A stretch of 64,000 bases of DNA, taken from the NCBI GenBank assembly GCA_965649825.1, contig OZ287697.1:62001-126000 (forward strand), given 5' to 3'. The notes beneath the pieces are model-generated. The model searched no databases. It saw only the letters and a program-made list of their open reading frames with translations, and was not told the DNA's origin. The DNA is from Penicillus capitatus (lineage: Eukaryota; Plantae; Chlorophyta). Shown here one piece after another: positions 24,858 to 36,883 of this stretch (position 1 is its first letter; each line of letters opens with the position of its first letter). Position numbers and translations under genes: made by a program.

Positions 24858-26652
24858 ATGGTTTCTCGCTCCCGACAGGATTGCCGATTTCAGCGGACGA
24901 TGCGTGTTCTTCGCCCCGAGACGGTAACTGGTATCTATCAAGTGCGATATCCATCTCACTCTTTTGAAGTCCACCATCGATTTGCCCTTCCAGCTGCGTC
25001 TGAACAATTTGAGGTCCCTAACACGACACAAGATCTTCCAAACGGAGACTTTTGCCATAGCTGGCCACCAATGGTCCGTGTGCTTGACATCTACCGCATG
25101 TCATTCGTACAGTGTGCAGGAGACTGGTCCTCTGTCGATGTTATGACCAGCGTTTCGAGAACGAGCACCTTGCCGTCTATCTGTGTTCTTTAAATGGCGT
25201 TTGTCTTCACGTGCGTTTCCGTCTGACGCTACTCAATCAAAGTGGCAATGCCAGACACCACGTACAAGGTGACGATCCGTGTTATCAACTTTCTATTCTG
25301 CCAATTGCTATATCCAGACTTTGCTTTACTGTTTGGTCGCCACGACATGAGAGGCACTCGATCGTTTCTGGACATGGATCGTGTTCGATGTACAGGCAAC
25401 GGATTTGTGCGAGGAGGAAGTATTCGTCTCCTGCTCGAGATGGGTGCCGTGGTGGAGAAGAAAAGGCGGCAGCCGGTATTGGACACGGTTGGCGGGCATA
25501 TTGGGTTGATCAACGTCGAAGTCTTCACGAGTGATATCTTACAGAAACGCACGGATCGTTTTGGTCTTGTAGAGCTCTCTCGAAAACGCAGTTTTATCGC
25601 CCAGAGAAACCAGTCCCTCGTCTCCTTGCAGAAACAAGTACATCCCTGCCACTCTGAGAAAGATCCCTTCGTCATCATAGACTCCGGGATGTGGCGTGCA
25701 GGCTAAAAACGGTCGTTTGTGGTTGTGCACCCGAACGGAGACGGGAGGGCTCAAGTTCGGCAAGAACTTGACGCAGCTGTCACCTGTCGGAAGTTTGGAC
25801 CTGGCGTGTCCGCGTCGTTCAGGTAGAGAGTCATGGATTGGGCTTTTCTACGAAACTCCGGCGCTGTATCCTCGGGACAATGCGCCGATGGAGAATCTCT
25901 GGGTGCTCTTTCTCAAGATCTTTATCCCGGAGACCAATAATCTGAGGGTTCTCGGCCACAGAATCGTTCATAAAGACACGAGAACCCTCGACATCTTCTC
26001 GGAACTCGCAAACGCGATGCAGCTAAGGAGAAATCATCACTTCCGCGTTTTCAAAGAAAATAACGACATGCAAGGCGTTCAGGAGATTGAACCGTCGCAA
26101 TCACTCGAAACGGTGCGTTCATTACCTGAATGAAGACATTCTCTCTACTCATGCAACGCGTCACTGTCATTGACAGAAGGGCATTCGAAATGGAGACATT
26201 CTAATTGGATGCTGGGTCTCGGATGAGGACCACATACGCGCTCCCTTCGACCCCGATCTGTGGAATCGATTTCATCAACATGCCTTTTCGGATGAGGGAA
26301 ATGAGATAGAGGAAGAAGAAGAGGGCGGGGATGATGTCGCTGGACCATCAGCAGCATACTCCGTATACTCCTGCAGAGAGGATGATCTGTTGCAATGTTT
26401 GCCTGTTTTAGCAAAGCGTGACGGATGAGCAGGTGTGTGTCTACTGCCGTGAATGGCCTCCAACATCCGGAATGCTCCATGGCGAATCGTATCACTTTCG
26501 AGTTTGGCATTGAGGGAAGACACATGGACTGCTATTCTAGGATTCACAAGTGCTTGTGTCACGAGTGCGCCCGTCTACTAAAGGAGGAATCAAATCTGAA
26601 ATGCTTCATGTGCGGGGTCCAAACGGAACGCATCATTATGGACATTTTCTAG
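24858..26652 (+). CDS. MATH + USP7-type UBL1/UBL2 + C-terminal MDM2-type (C2H2C4) RING protein; putative E3 ligase
   Basis: MATH (TFAIAGHQW...LAVYLC...FRLTLLNQ); UBL1 FGLVELSRKRSFIAQRNQSL; UBL2 VLFLKIFIPETNNLRVLG...GIRNGDILI; spliced RING CVYC...LHGESIHKCLCHECA...CFMC...MDIF*. Confidence 0.8.
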
Positions 26653-27107
26653 AAGGGCACTCAGCAGCAAGAACCACCAATGAACCTATACCATCTTCGC
26701 GAGTTTTCTCATAGCAGCATTGCTGCGTGTACAACACATGGTGATCATAATGACAAGACGTCTGCGATTGCGCCGATCGTCTATCGAAAAACGAGGGCGT
26801 GACATGCCACTCGAAGAATAACATCTTACTCATCTTCTAATCCCCATCAATGTGCAATAACAGACACAGATCCATTACTAACGGCTTCATTATCGTAAAA
26901 GGCCAACAATCGGGAAATTCGTGTTCGGAGTGTGCGAGAGAGACAACAATCAAATGATGCCATATCGATCACGCTGTTGTTGCCAATTTCCACACCAGAT
27001 GCAAAATGCTGGAAGAATACACGATGCAGCACAATTACGACGACAGTTGCCGTTGCCACATCATCGTCATCTGTCTTCTGACACTTGTCTCGTTGACTCT
27101 TGCTTGA

Positions 27108-29224
27108 TCAGAAGAAACTGGAAATATCCTGTTGCCCATTGGCACCTTGTTGTTGTTGGGGGACGCTGTTCATGGAATTCGCGGTGGTTTGAAATGGATT
27201 GCTGCCCATGGATTCCTGACGCATGGGCACGCCTGGCAGAGCAAAGCTTGGTTTCTTTTGAATACTGGGAGTCAGTCCATCGAACGGATCCGCAAGAGCA
27301 CCAGGTCCGGTGAACGTTCCGTTGGCTCCGTGAATGGCGGCGCTTGTGTGTTGGTATACAGGCATGGGACTCGGATGAATGGGCTGCTGATACAGCTGGG
27401 CCTGAGGCTGAGGCTGAAGAACAGTCGATTCGTGGCCACTGAATGGATTGTTCGACGCAGGCATCGCTGTCGGAAACACCTCCATCTGAGGCGCCGCCGG
27501 AGTTGAGAAGCCTTGCATCGGCGAAGGGTATGCCGTTTGGGCAATGAAGGATCCGGGAGAGGAACTGTCTGGAGGCGGCGGCGGTGGAGGCATCGGCCCA
27601 CCTCCAAAGAAATCATCAAAGGGCGATGCGTTCTGTTCAGTGACAACAGAAGTGGTCCCGACTGGTGATCCCAGACCGCCCGATGCTCCCCAGTCACCTA
27701 AGAAGCCGCCATCTTTGGTAGCATCTGGCGTCTGGAAGACCGTATCACCAAATGGATCCGACAACACACGTTCTGGTAAGACATCTGTCGGTTGAGCTGG
27801 GACGCTGAGATCCAACGCATCGAGACCCAGTAGATCTTGTTCGTATTCTTTTGGCTTTTCCTCTGTTGTCTTCTGGAGATTCACGACGAGCTTCGTCGTC
27901 GGTTGTCCGCCGCCATCTGAAGACGGTGCAGCAAGTGCAGCGGAGGGCGTTCCTCGTGCGTTACGCGATACGGTCGAGGGGAACTTCCGTGCTGCTGTTC
28001 TTCCCGTGGCTCCTTTCACGTATTCTTCCATCTGACTCAAGAAATCTTCCGGAGGAGGCGTCAACTGTGGAAACTGAATCTGATGTCCGATACGCAGATC
28101 TGTCACATTACATCACAACACATCGCACACTCCACAACACTCTTTCCACAAGACGCACTTTGCACGGCATTGAAGAATGTTTGCATCTGGTTGGAGCTGT
28201 TGATGGACTCGCGGTAAAGTTCGAGTCCTTTGGAGGCGTCAACGCGGTCCATTTCAAAGAACTGCTCTGCTAAATTGATCACCCCTTCCGAGATCACACG
28301 ATAAAGACGAAAGCATTCTGTGAGCAGTGCTCTCAATGCCTCCATCACAACGTCGCTCTCGGCGGCGGCCCCTTCTGGCACGCAGGCAAGTACACGTTGC
28401 AGCATTTTCTGCACTCTCGGTAACTCGTCCAGCAGTTCCTGTCCAGTAGCTGTCTTGAAACGCACGTTCGCTCCGCCTCCATCTCGATCCACATCGAATT
28501 TTATTGACTCGAAGACAGACAAACGCTCGTCCAGATAACTCGAGTACACACGGACAAAGGCTGAGAAATCCCAACTCTCTTTCTGGGACCTATCGGCAAA
28601 GTTATTGAGACGCATGAGCTCCGTCACCTTTCTCTTCTCCTTATAACGGATCATCTACCCGAACAACCTTTCTCATTATCCGATCTCAAAGTGTGATGGA
28701 TAGAGGGATAGATATCAAAAAGAATGAGACTGCGTTATTCCACGCACTTCTTGTTTGAAATTGCCATCGCTGTCAGACTTGAGGAGTTTGTGAAACACCA
28801 TCAAAGCCTTCAAGACCACCAACCACGTTTCATTTGGAGTCGTCAGCCTCTCATACAGTGCATGGACAATGTATATCACTTTTTTGCGATTCGACGACGT
28901 CGCGATAATTTCGCGCAACGCTACAAAACAACCCGCGTACGTCATTCCTGTGTCATGAGGTAGGATAGAGGAGACGCACTCCGAACGTGTTTTTCTTTGG
29001 GTGGCGTGATATCATGATTCGTTGCTTTAACGACGGCGATTTCCACATCCTATTCACCAAAATCTCACCACACATGCACTTCATTCGACATAAGCGACTT
29101 GAAATTCGCCGCCGTTTACACGGGCCGCTCCCGCCGCGAGTTTATCGGAGACCCAACTTATCGTCGACGTTGTCTTGGGCTTGCCATTGCCTCGACCATC
29201 TTTGGACATACTTGTCGTTGCCAT
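27108..29224 (-). CDS. ANTH-domain clathrin assembly protein (AP180/PICALM-like)
   Basis: TWLVVLKALMVFHKLL, NNFADRSQKESWDFSAFVRVYSSYLDERL, LYRVISEGVINLAEQFFEM; disordered tail with DPF/NPF motifs. Confidence 0.9.
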
Positions 29225-29325
29225 TTTTCTACGCGAGAATAGTAGTAAGTTGAAGAAGAGCGGCACGAACAACGCTTAAATGCTAAATGACACAATGCGA
29301 TTAGAAATGCCGAGGTTTGGATGCG

Positions 29326-30551
29326 ATGCAATGGATTACGCCAGTGCGTTCTTTCATTCGCGAGGAATGCGCGACGCGTCGCAGCGCCTCGGCGAATGAT
29401 GTCGTTCAACGCCTCTCTCACGAAGTTCGACGTAAATTACAACTGGCGGCGCAGTCCATTACGAAAGACGACGCTGAGACCGTCTGCGAAGAAGTCTTCG
29501 TGGACCTGATGGGCAAACTCGCTGCCATAGCGCAGGAAGTGTTCAAAGCCGACCGCCCTTGTGCATTCTTCGAAATCCTGGCAGACTACTACTTACATGT
29601 ATGGTATGATGTGACGTGGGGTGCGGAAACACGTGTGGTTGGTGGTTAGAATGGCGTGGAGGCGGAACGTGTGTTGGGTGTGTGCCGAGGAATGTGGGGG
29701 CAGTCCTATGTGGCAGCGATTTTTTCATTGATCCTTCATAAATGGCTTCTGACGAATGAAGAAGCTGGCGGGAAGCTACAGCGACATACCTGTCTCAATG
29801 TCTTGCTGACAGGATGCCGCCAACTCTTCTGGAAAGACATCCATTGGTGCACCTTTCATTTCGAATCGCTCTTTCATTTCATTGATAACATCTACGCAAC
29901 ACCGACAGAGCTCCCATTCAAAAGCGCATTCCTCTCGCTCATCGGCCAATTCCTTCCCTACTATGTCCCCACTGAGGTCAGCATCTCACACATTCTCTCA
30001 CTCTAACGGTGTCTGTATGGTGGTGGTTATTGCAGTCTTTATCCAGACGCATGATGCGATTACCTTATCAGAGAATGGCCCAAAGAAATGTCCCAATGCC
30101 TTTGACAGCGACGGGCTTCACACCAGATGTGCTGTTCACAAAGATCACAGAATTGCTGAAGGAGTTGGGTGCAGATGAACCCGGTCTGGTGTGTTACTTA
30201 GAGTCCCTGCGCCGAGTGAATACCTGTCCACTGCTCACACAATTGGGAACGGTCACACGTTTGCAGTTTCAGGCACAGCTGTACACACTAACAACACAAG
30301 GCGGCCCACGCTATCCATCGCATTCTGTCAGGGCAGCTGCCTTTTCCACGTTGGATGCTCTCTATCCAGCTGGCGCCCGTACCCGTAAACTCATTTCTCT
30401 GCTCTTTAAGATATTTCATCCTCTCTCCTGGCCAAGGACGACGGCCACGATGGCTCAACAGACGTGGAGCCGATTCTTATGTTTTATCCTCTTCTTCTTT
30501 TCTTGCATCGCTTTCTGTATGCGATTCGTGATGAAGCCCTTTATCCGATGA
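29326..30551 (+). CDS. Conserved green-plant protein of unknown function
   Basis: IFSLILHKWLL, RQLFWKDI, and C-terminal LYTLTTQGGPRYPSHSVRAAAFSTLDALYPAGARTRKLISLLF typical of a plant-conserved family. Confidence 0.7.
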
Positions 30552-30895
30552 AGGAAGGCTTCACCCTCATTCCCCTGGTTCTTTAGCGGCCTGTGAAGTC
30601 GATCTTTTTATGGGTCCGGTCAATTTTGACATGCAGTAGTCGGGATTCGTTTCGCACACGCGTTGGCATTATGGACGTTGTCCAGTTTAGGATCTTTACG
30701 ATTCAATGCCTCCAATGCATCAAAGACAGCTGCTTTCACGTCAGAAATCTTATCGTCTCTTCTCAAATATTTCTTCCCGGAAACACCCTGTTGCGGACAG
30801 CAGCCATATGACATTATGCCCACTCCGTCAAAAAACAACAAATACATAATCAATCAACAATGGTCCAATCGTTGTTATGGTGCACAAAAAGGCAA

Positions 30896-31961
30896 TCAAG
30901 AGCATGAAGAAAAGAGATGGTTCCATTTGTTGGTATCCTGTTCGGGAGGATCTTCTCCGTCGATACTCTCCAATGCAAAACAGTGGTGTGACGTGTCTGG
31001 AAGATGCAGACACTGAACAATGGCTTCAGCCACAGCGATCCGTGATGCCTCTCCATACAGATTATCTTCACCCGATAGACGTACAGCCAATCGACTCCCA
31101 CGCGTGCCCCTGATCAAAGTATTGAGATCTGTCGAAGTGTACGGGGCATCTGTTAGACGAGATGGTCTCAGAATCGTCCAGGGCAATCCCGAAGACATCA
31201 CGGACTTCTCAACCCCCCTTCTGTAAGTCAAGACGTTAAAGAGGTTGAGAATGACAAAAGGAAACTGGTCTGTCCGGGTGACACCGGCAGACGAGATCAA
31301 AACAAAGCGACCGATGTCGCTGGGCGTGTATTGAATGAGGTTAGCAATGGCTACCTTGTCTGTCTTCTCTGGACTATTATCTCCTTTCCACCTGAGAACA
31401 TTGACGTCAACCGTAGAAGAGGAGAAAGAAGAGATGACGACCTTGGAGATGGGAAGGCCGTTGTGCCGACGCAGCTGCAGACAGCATCAACGCCTTTCAT
31501 AATGGCAGGGATCTCTTCGGCATAGCGTATGTCGCATTCCACAATCTGCCTCGTCCGTTGTGTGAGGAAGGGGAGGTGCGGACAGGAGAGCGCACTTCGA
31601 GATTGGGTGTGTCTACGCCAAATATCTCTTCGGCCTTTGCGATGTCTCGAGCCACGGCGCGTACGCGGAATCCGCTCTCCAGAAGGCGCTGGACTGTCAA
31701 TTGTCCTACGCCTCCAGTCGAACCGGCCACGAGGACAAGCGACCCGACGGATAGCGCTTTCGCGACAGGCAGCGCCTCTTCCTTTTCGACGGAGCTTGCG
31801 ACAGAGAGAGGCCACGTGGCAGCTCTCAGTTGTCCCTCTGCACGACGTGCTAAGAGGTGACCAGAGGCATCGGGACGACGCGCCGTTATCCGTGGCGCAT
31901 GTCCGCCGATATCAAACAACGCCACTGGTGACACACGTCCGAGCTTCGCTGACAAGGCCAT
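30896..31961 (-). CDS. NAD(P)-binding Rossmann-fold protein (atypical SDR/NmrA-like), plastid
   Basis: VLVAGSTGGVGQL, CVGTTAFPS, RFVLISSAGVTR, SGLPWTILRPSRLTDAPY, ASRIAVAEA. Confidence 0.9.
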
Positions 31962-32050
31962 CGATTAAACAGTGGATAAGAATGGTAGCGAGGGAAGCCC
32001 GGCAATCGATGAAAAAGAACCACAAATATCGATCATCTGTCATCTCTCAG

Positions 32051-32535
32051 ATGCTGCGTGTTGTTTATCGACCTTCGGGACGAACGCTTCTGCCTCCGGT
32101 GACTGTTCGTCGCCCGCGCCTACGAATACGTCGCGTGCTTCGTCGTGCGGTAGCGAATACGTCAAGTCACAATTCTGTTGTCTCACTCTAGAGTGAGGTA
32201 GGAGAAGAAGCCCGAACAGAAAGAGGAAGTCATTGGCACATCGAAAGACTTGTTTGACGGCGGGCTTTTTGAAAGGGGCCTCGATCCGCGTCTCTTTGGC
32301 GATGATGTCGATCCGGACACTCCACTGCCGCCGGAGTTCGAAAAGGACTTCTGGGAGGATCCCAAATTCGAAGTAACCGTCTCCGTCTGTGGCCGGAAGA
32401 GAGATCTCGGCGTGATAGGTGATTGGAAAGCTGATGCAAAACTTTATTCCAGTGATTGTCGTTTTGGGACTTGTGGCTGGCGGCATCGCCGCCAAATCCT
32501 TCAACGATGGAGCGACGTCCTATCTTAAGCCGTAA
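32051..32535 (+). CDS. Small single-TM plastid (thylakoid-like) protein
   Basis: Three exons splice in frame: MLRVVYRP...RRA/EKKPEQ...DFWEDPKFE/VIGKLMQNFIPVIVVLGLVAGGIAAKSFNDGATSYLKP*. The FWE...TM...NxGAT pattern resembles a plant-conserved chloroplast protein. Confidence 0.65.
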
Positions 32536-32648
32536 GCGTTTTCAGCCATTTCTTCTGTGGTTAGCAAATCTGCATTAGTGCATCGTCCGAGACAACAAGT
32601 GCAGAGATTGTCCCACTTCAAACGGAAAAGAAAGAATAAGAGGCTTCT

Positions 32649-34257
32649 TTAAGATTCATGCGCCGCGGTGTTTGTTGAGCTCCCTGTGGAAATGAATCTC
32701 TTCCAGTACTCATCGGACTCGTATCGTTCCGTCAAAGGCATTTCGATGTCACTCAGAGGGAAGCTCGCAACCAAATCATCCACACTCTGCACCTCGTGGG
32801 CAGCAAAGGGCGTCTCGGATGTCACCGGGATCGCCATTTCTTTTGAATCTTGACCTTCTTTCCTCGTCTCCTCTTCCAACTGTTGCGTAACAGAGCTCAG
32901 CGCTGCGAGAGGAGTAGAGTAGATCTCCGAGTGCGGATAGTGAGGAAAGAGGCTTTGACCATAGGGAGTCACTCGTGAGAGAAAATCGCTGGCAGGCATA
33001 TACTCTGGGATCACGGGCACACCCACAACTGTTGATCCATCTGGTTTGTTCGCAGACGCCGTCTCCACTTCGATGGCCGGAACGGAATGTGGATAGCTGT
33101 ACGGCTGCACCTCCATCGAACCGGATGTCTCGTAGCCTGTATTGAAGCTACGAAGAAGTCGATCCAATCGAGCCGAGACATCAGATGGACTCGCATTCTC
33201 CCTCTCGTATTCAATGAGCTTCTGCTCCTCACTCGTCCCGCGTCTTGCCTTTCTCTTGCGTCGATCTACAGAAGAACAACTCCATCGTGCCGTACATGTT
33301 TGTGTGGCATAGGGCCAGACACACTTCTCTGTCCAGATCCACCATCTAGCGTTCTTCTGTGGGCACGGTCGAGCAGTTCTGTTAAGACGTCTGGGTTCTG
33401 CAAGTACTGGGTAAAGAGATTAAGCAATTCGGACTGACGCGAGTCTCCGTTCTCTATGCGTTTATTCAGTCTACGAATCTCTTTCTCGGATCTCTGGAAG
33501 CAGCACACCATGAGATGCGTTTTCTCACAGATGGACGTTGTCAGCTGACTTGTTGTTGCTGACGCAAACGCACGAGCTCCATCATCAGAACATTCTTGTC
33601 CCTCTTCAAATTCTCCACTTCATCACGTAATCCCCCGAACAAACCGATCTAACGATGCAGCAATGGACGATCTTCGTGACATTCGGCAAAGAAAGGGTTT
33701 CAAAACCTCGATGGCAGAATTTGCCACAGAAATGGAGTTCTGATCGGCTGCCGTCAAACCGGCATGAGATGGCTTCTTACGCTGGATGTAGGCCAGCAAG
33801 TCTGGGAAGCCGCGGATGAAATTCTCATTGGAAAACTCAAACCGATCCGGATCTATTTTCCTGAAACCCTTTAAACACAAATCTCACTCTTTCTCACTCT
33901 TTCAAAATCACACACAGACATAAGTATTCAACTGCCGTACAAAGCTTGAGAAGTTGCTGTGTTTGAAGTGGCGTGGCAGCAGGTCGCGCGCAAATTCCGC
34001 CGGTTCCCACACGATAAAACTATCGGCCAGAAACATTCATACCCTCACACCTTCTCACTCTTTTTCACCTGTTATCTTCAGGTCCCCAGGAAATAACGGA
34101 GTCCGTTTGAGGGTCGTTCACCAAATCATACCTGTCACGCACAGTACATCTCGAAAACGGGTCCGTCTGCTGTTATCAGCAACGACGTTTTCTTTAGGAA
34201 TGGCGCAGGTCGACTGTTTTCATACACAGTGTTGTTTCCGTTGTGTTGTCCTCGCAT
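32649..34257 (-). CDS. HSF: Heat shock transcription factor
   Basis: DNA-binding domain [15 protein letters not shown]...[50 protein letters not shown]; downstream heptad repeat region. Confidence 0.95.
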
Positions 34258-34352
34258 AGTTTCTTTTCAGAACGAACAAACGAACGCGTTCAATATGGCC
34301 ATGACACAACAATTAAACGCATGCAGCACACACGCACAGACATTCAGACCAC

Positions 34353-35397
34353 ATGACTTGGCTCCACCTCTTCCTCGTTCTCTGCGCCCTGCACGGCGTC
34401 TGGGCAGACGAGGTCGTAAGCGACGTCTTTCCCAAAGGTTCGTTCGCCCTCCTTTATCATAGCAAACAGACTCACGCTGTGGTGTATCCTATAGTTTGTG
34501 CGTTCTTGCCGAATACGCGTTTGGTGGGCGAGGACATCCATGAGCGTCCCATCCTCCGTCTCCCATCTCCCAGTGCGTGTTGCGATGCCTGTCTTAACTA
34601 CAAGGGCGAGGAAGGATGCGTCGCCTATACGTTTTTCTTCCGCAACGGTCTGAGCGAGTGCTGGCTCAAACGTGACGCCGTTGTCGCCGAGTTCAGCGAA
34701 GAAGGTGACTCCGGATTCCCCAATTTCTACCACAACGATGCGTATCCCGATCTCTCGTCCGATCTTGGTGAGTCTTTGGCGATGCCTCTGATCAGCCTGT
34801 TGGTACGTTCGGTTTCTAGATGTTCTCTTTTCTGGGTTTTGGGATCTCTCTCGAGTCCCTTTCCGTTTCTCCCTGCAACGCGAGATGAACGGATGGAGAT
34901 TTAAAGCCTCTGTGGGCGATACCGCACTGAACAGCGATGCGCTCCGCTCGTCCGGCAATTTTTTCAGGGCACTGCCAGAATCGTGCAGTAGGAAGCATGT
35001 GACCATGAACTGGGCCTTTGTCGGTCAAGACGTCATCCGTCTACCGATCCTCAATCTCAAATGCCCGGACGATTGCCTGAAAGCATGCAACAATCATCAA
35101 GGTGCCACTGTCGACATCGAGATGCTCTATGTCCATCGTGTGTGTGGTGCAGAGGAAAGTGGTCGCTATTCATGCGTGGCTTTTAACTTTAAGTTCGATC
35201 TGCCCGTGACCGAGTGCTGGCTGAAGTCTGCGCCGCTTTTCAGAAAGCCGATATTCGGAATGGCGTGCGGTACGTCTGAGAGATCCGGATTTGAACTGGG
35301 CAAGGCGCCGGAGGGGCACATCAAAATGCGGGACACCTACAGACAACTGATCGAAGAGGGCAAGAAGTGCCTCGATCCCAGTCTCATCAGTGTTTGA
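34353..35397 (+). CDS. Secreted protein with two PAN/Apple domains
   Basis: Signal peptide MTWLHLFLVLCALHGVWA; two C...CxxxC...CVA(Y/F)xF...CWLK modules. Confidence 0.8.
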
Positions 35398-35625
35398 GAA
35401 ACTGTCTGTTTTTACGTTCGATGAATGGTTTGGTCGATCAACGTTCAAAGGGCCCAATTTAAGAGTTTGTGTGTGTTTGATGGATTCTCGTCACTCGTGC
35501 GGCGTATGGGTTCAGGTCGGATTCGTAGCAGTGCGTTGAGGATGGCGACATGGACATTTCCGGTGCGCGCCCCGTTCATTTATTCCCGTTTAAAATCAGC
35601 ACTTCTTAACACACACGCAGGCGAC

Positions 35626-36502
35626 ATGTCTTCAGAAGCGGACGCTCTAGATGTACTCATGGAAGAATACGAGAAACAGGCAGCAGCAGACTGCAAAGCT
35701 GTCGAGGAACGCAACGTCAAAAAACGCAACGCAAAAGAACAGACGCAGGTCGATGTGCTGCAACCTCTACCCAAACACAACAAGTTAGACGACCTCGTCC
35801 TCGGATTCCCTCCCTGCCACAAGAGCGTTTCACTGAAGGGGATATCAACTTTTAGTGAAGCTGGGATACTCAGAAGGACAGGGATTGGGCACACAGAAAC
35901 AAGGACGTTCCGAACCGCTTCCGTTGCCGTTGAAACGTCGACGGGAGGGATTGGGGACCGTCCAGCGCAAGAGGCCGACGCTGCCGAGAAGAGATGCCAC
36001 GGGTAAAACCACGCCCCTTAACCGTTCGCTGTCTCCACTGCATTGCTCAGAAGCCGAGATGGCAAAGACGACGGAATTTCGCGAGGAGATGTCTTTGCGG
36101 ATGACATGGAAGAAAACGGAGAAGCGCCTGAGGGCTGCGCGTTATCTGATAGAAGATCTGGACATGCGCGTCGGAATCGAACGGAATCCCTTTTGGCTGC
36201 CAGATCCAGAAGTCCGTCTGCCTGTTGCTCCTGTATGCGCGTCGAAATCTCGACGTTGCGTTCAGTTGGCGGCACATCATGAAGAAACGGAGACGGACAG
36301 ACTCCAATCCATGCGCGTAAGCGACGCCTTCGCTGCATCTGTTGCTTACCTTCGCGGACAGCACGCCTACTGTTTCTGGTGCCGACTTCAGGTACTCCAC
36401 TGAACACCGCAATGTTCTCTGTGTCCGTCATGTCATGTGCAGTACGAGAGCCCGAGAGAGATGGAGACGATCTGTCCAGGACTCAAAGAGGCAGATCACT
36501 GA
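35626..36502 (+). CDS. GPATCH11: G-patch domain protein, GPATCH11-like
   Basis: G-patch KLGYSEGQGLG...EPLPL...RREGLG; C-terminal YLRGQHAYCFWC...CPG. Confidence 0.8.
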
Positions 36503-36883
36503 AACACACAAACGATCTCTGTCGATACAGAGTCGTCTCTGACATCTCCCTTTGAGTCAACGCGAGAAGGGAGATCGAATTTCATTCAGTCTTATGAATC
36601 GGCGCGGCTCGATCGATCACAACGTTGCGCTTGTGGAATCGTTTTTCTATTTGCCAAACGTTCAAGCCGCCGAGCTCGCCCTGTCGTTCGGAACGATCGA
36701 TTTCTTGTTCGGTACAAAGGCGGTAGCGATGTTATGCGTGTTCGTGAGGTTGTTGCGTATCATGGCGATCTTCTCTCGAGGTCTCTCGAACGCCGTCGAA
36801 TCTTTGGTCTCGAGTAGGCCACTGAGATTGTCACATCACGCATCCCAGTAACGCGAGGGTTTCAACGCACATGAGCCACCGTC

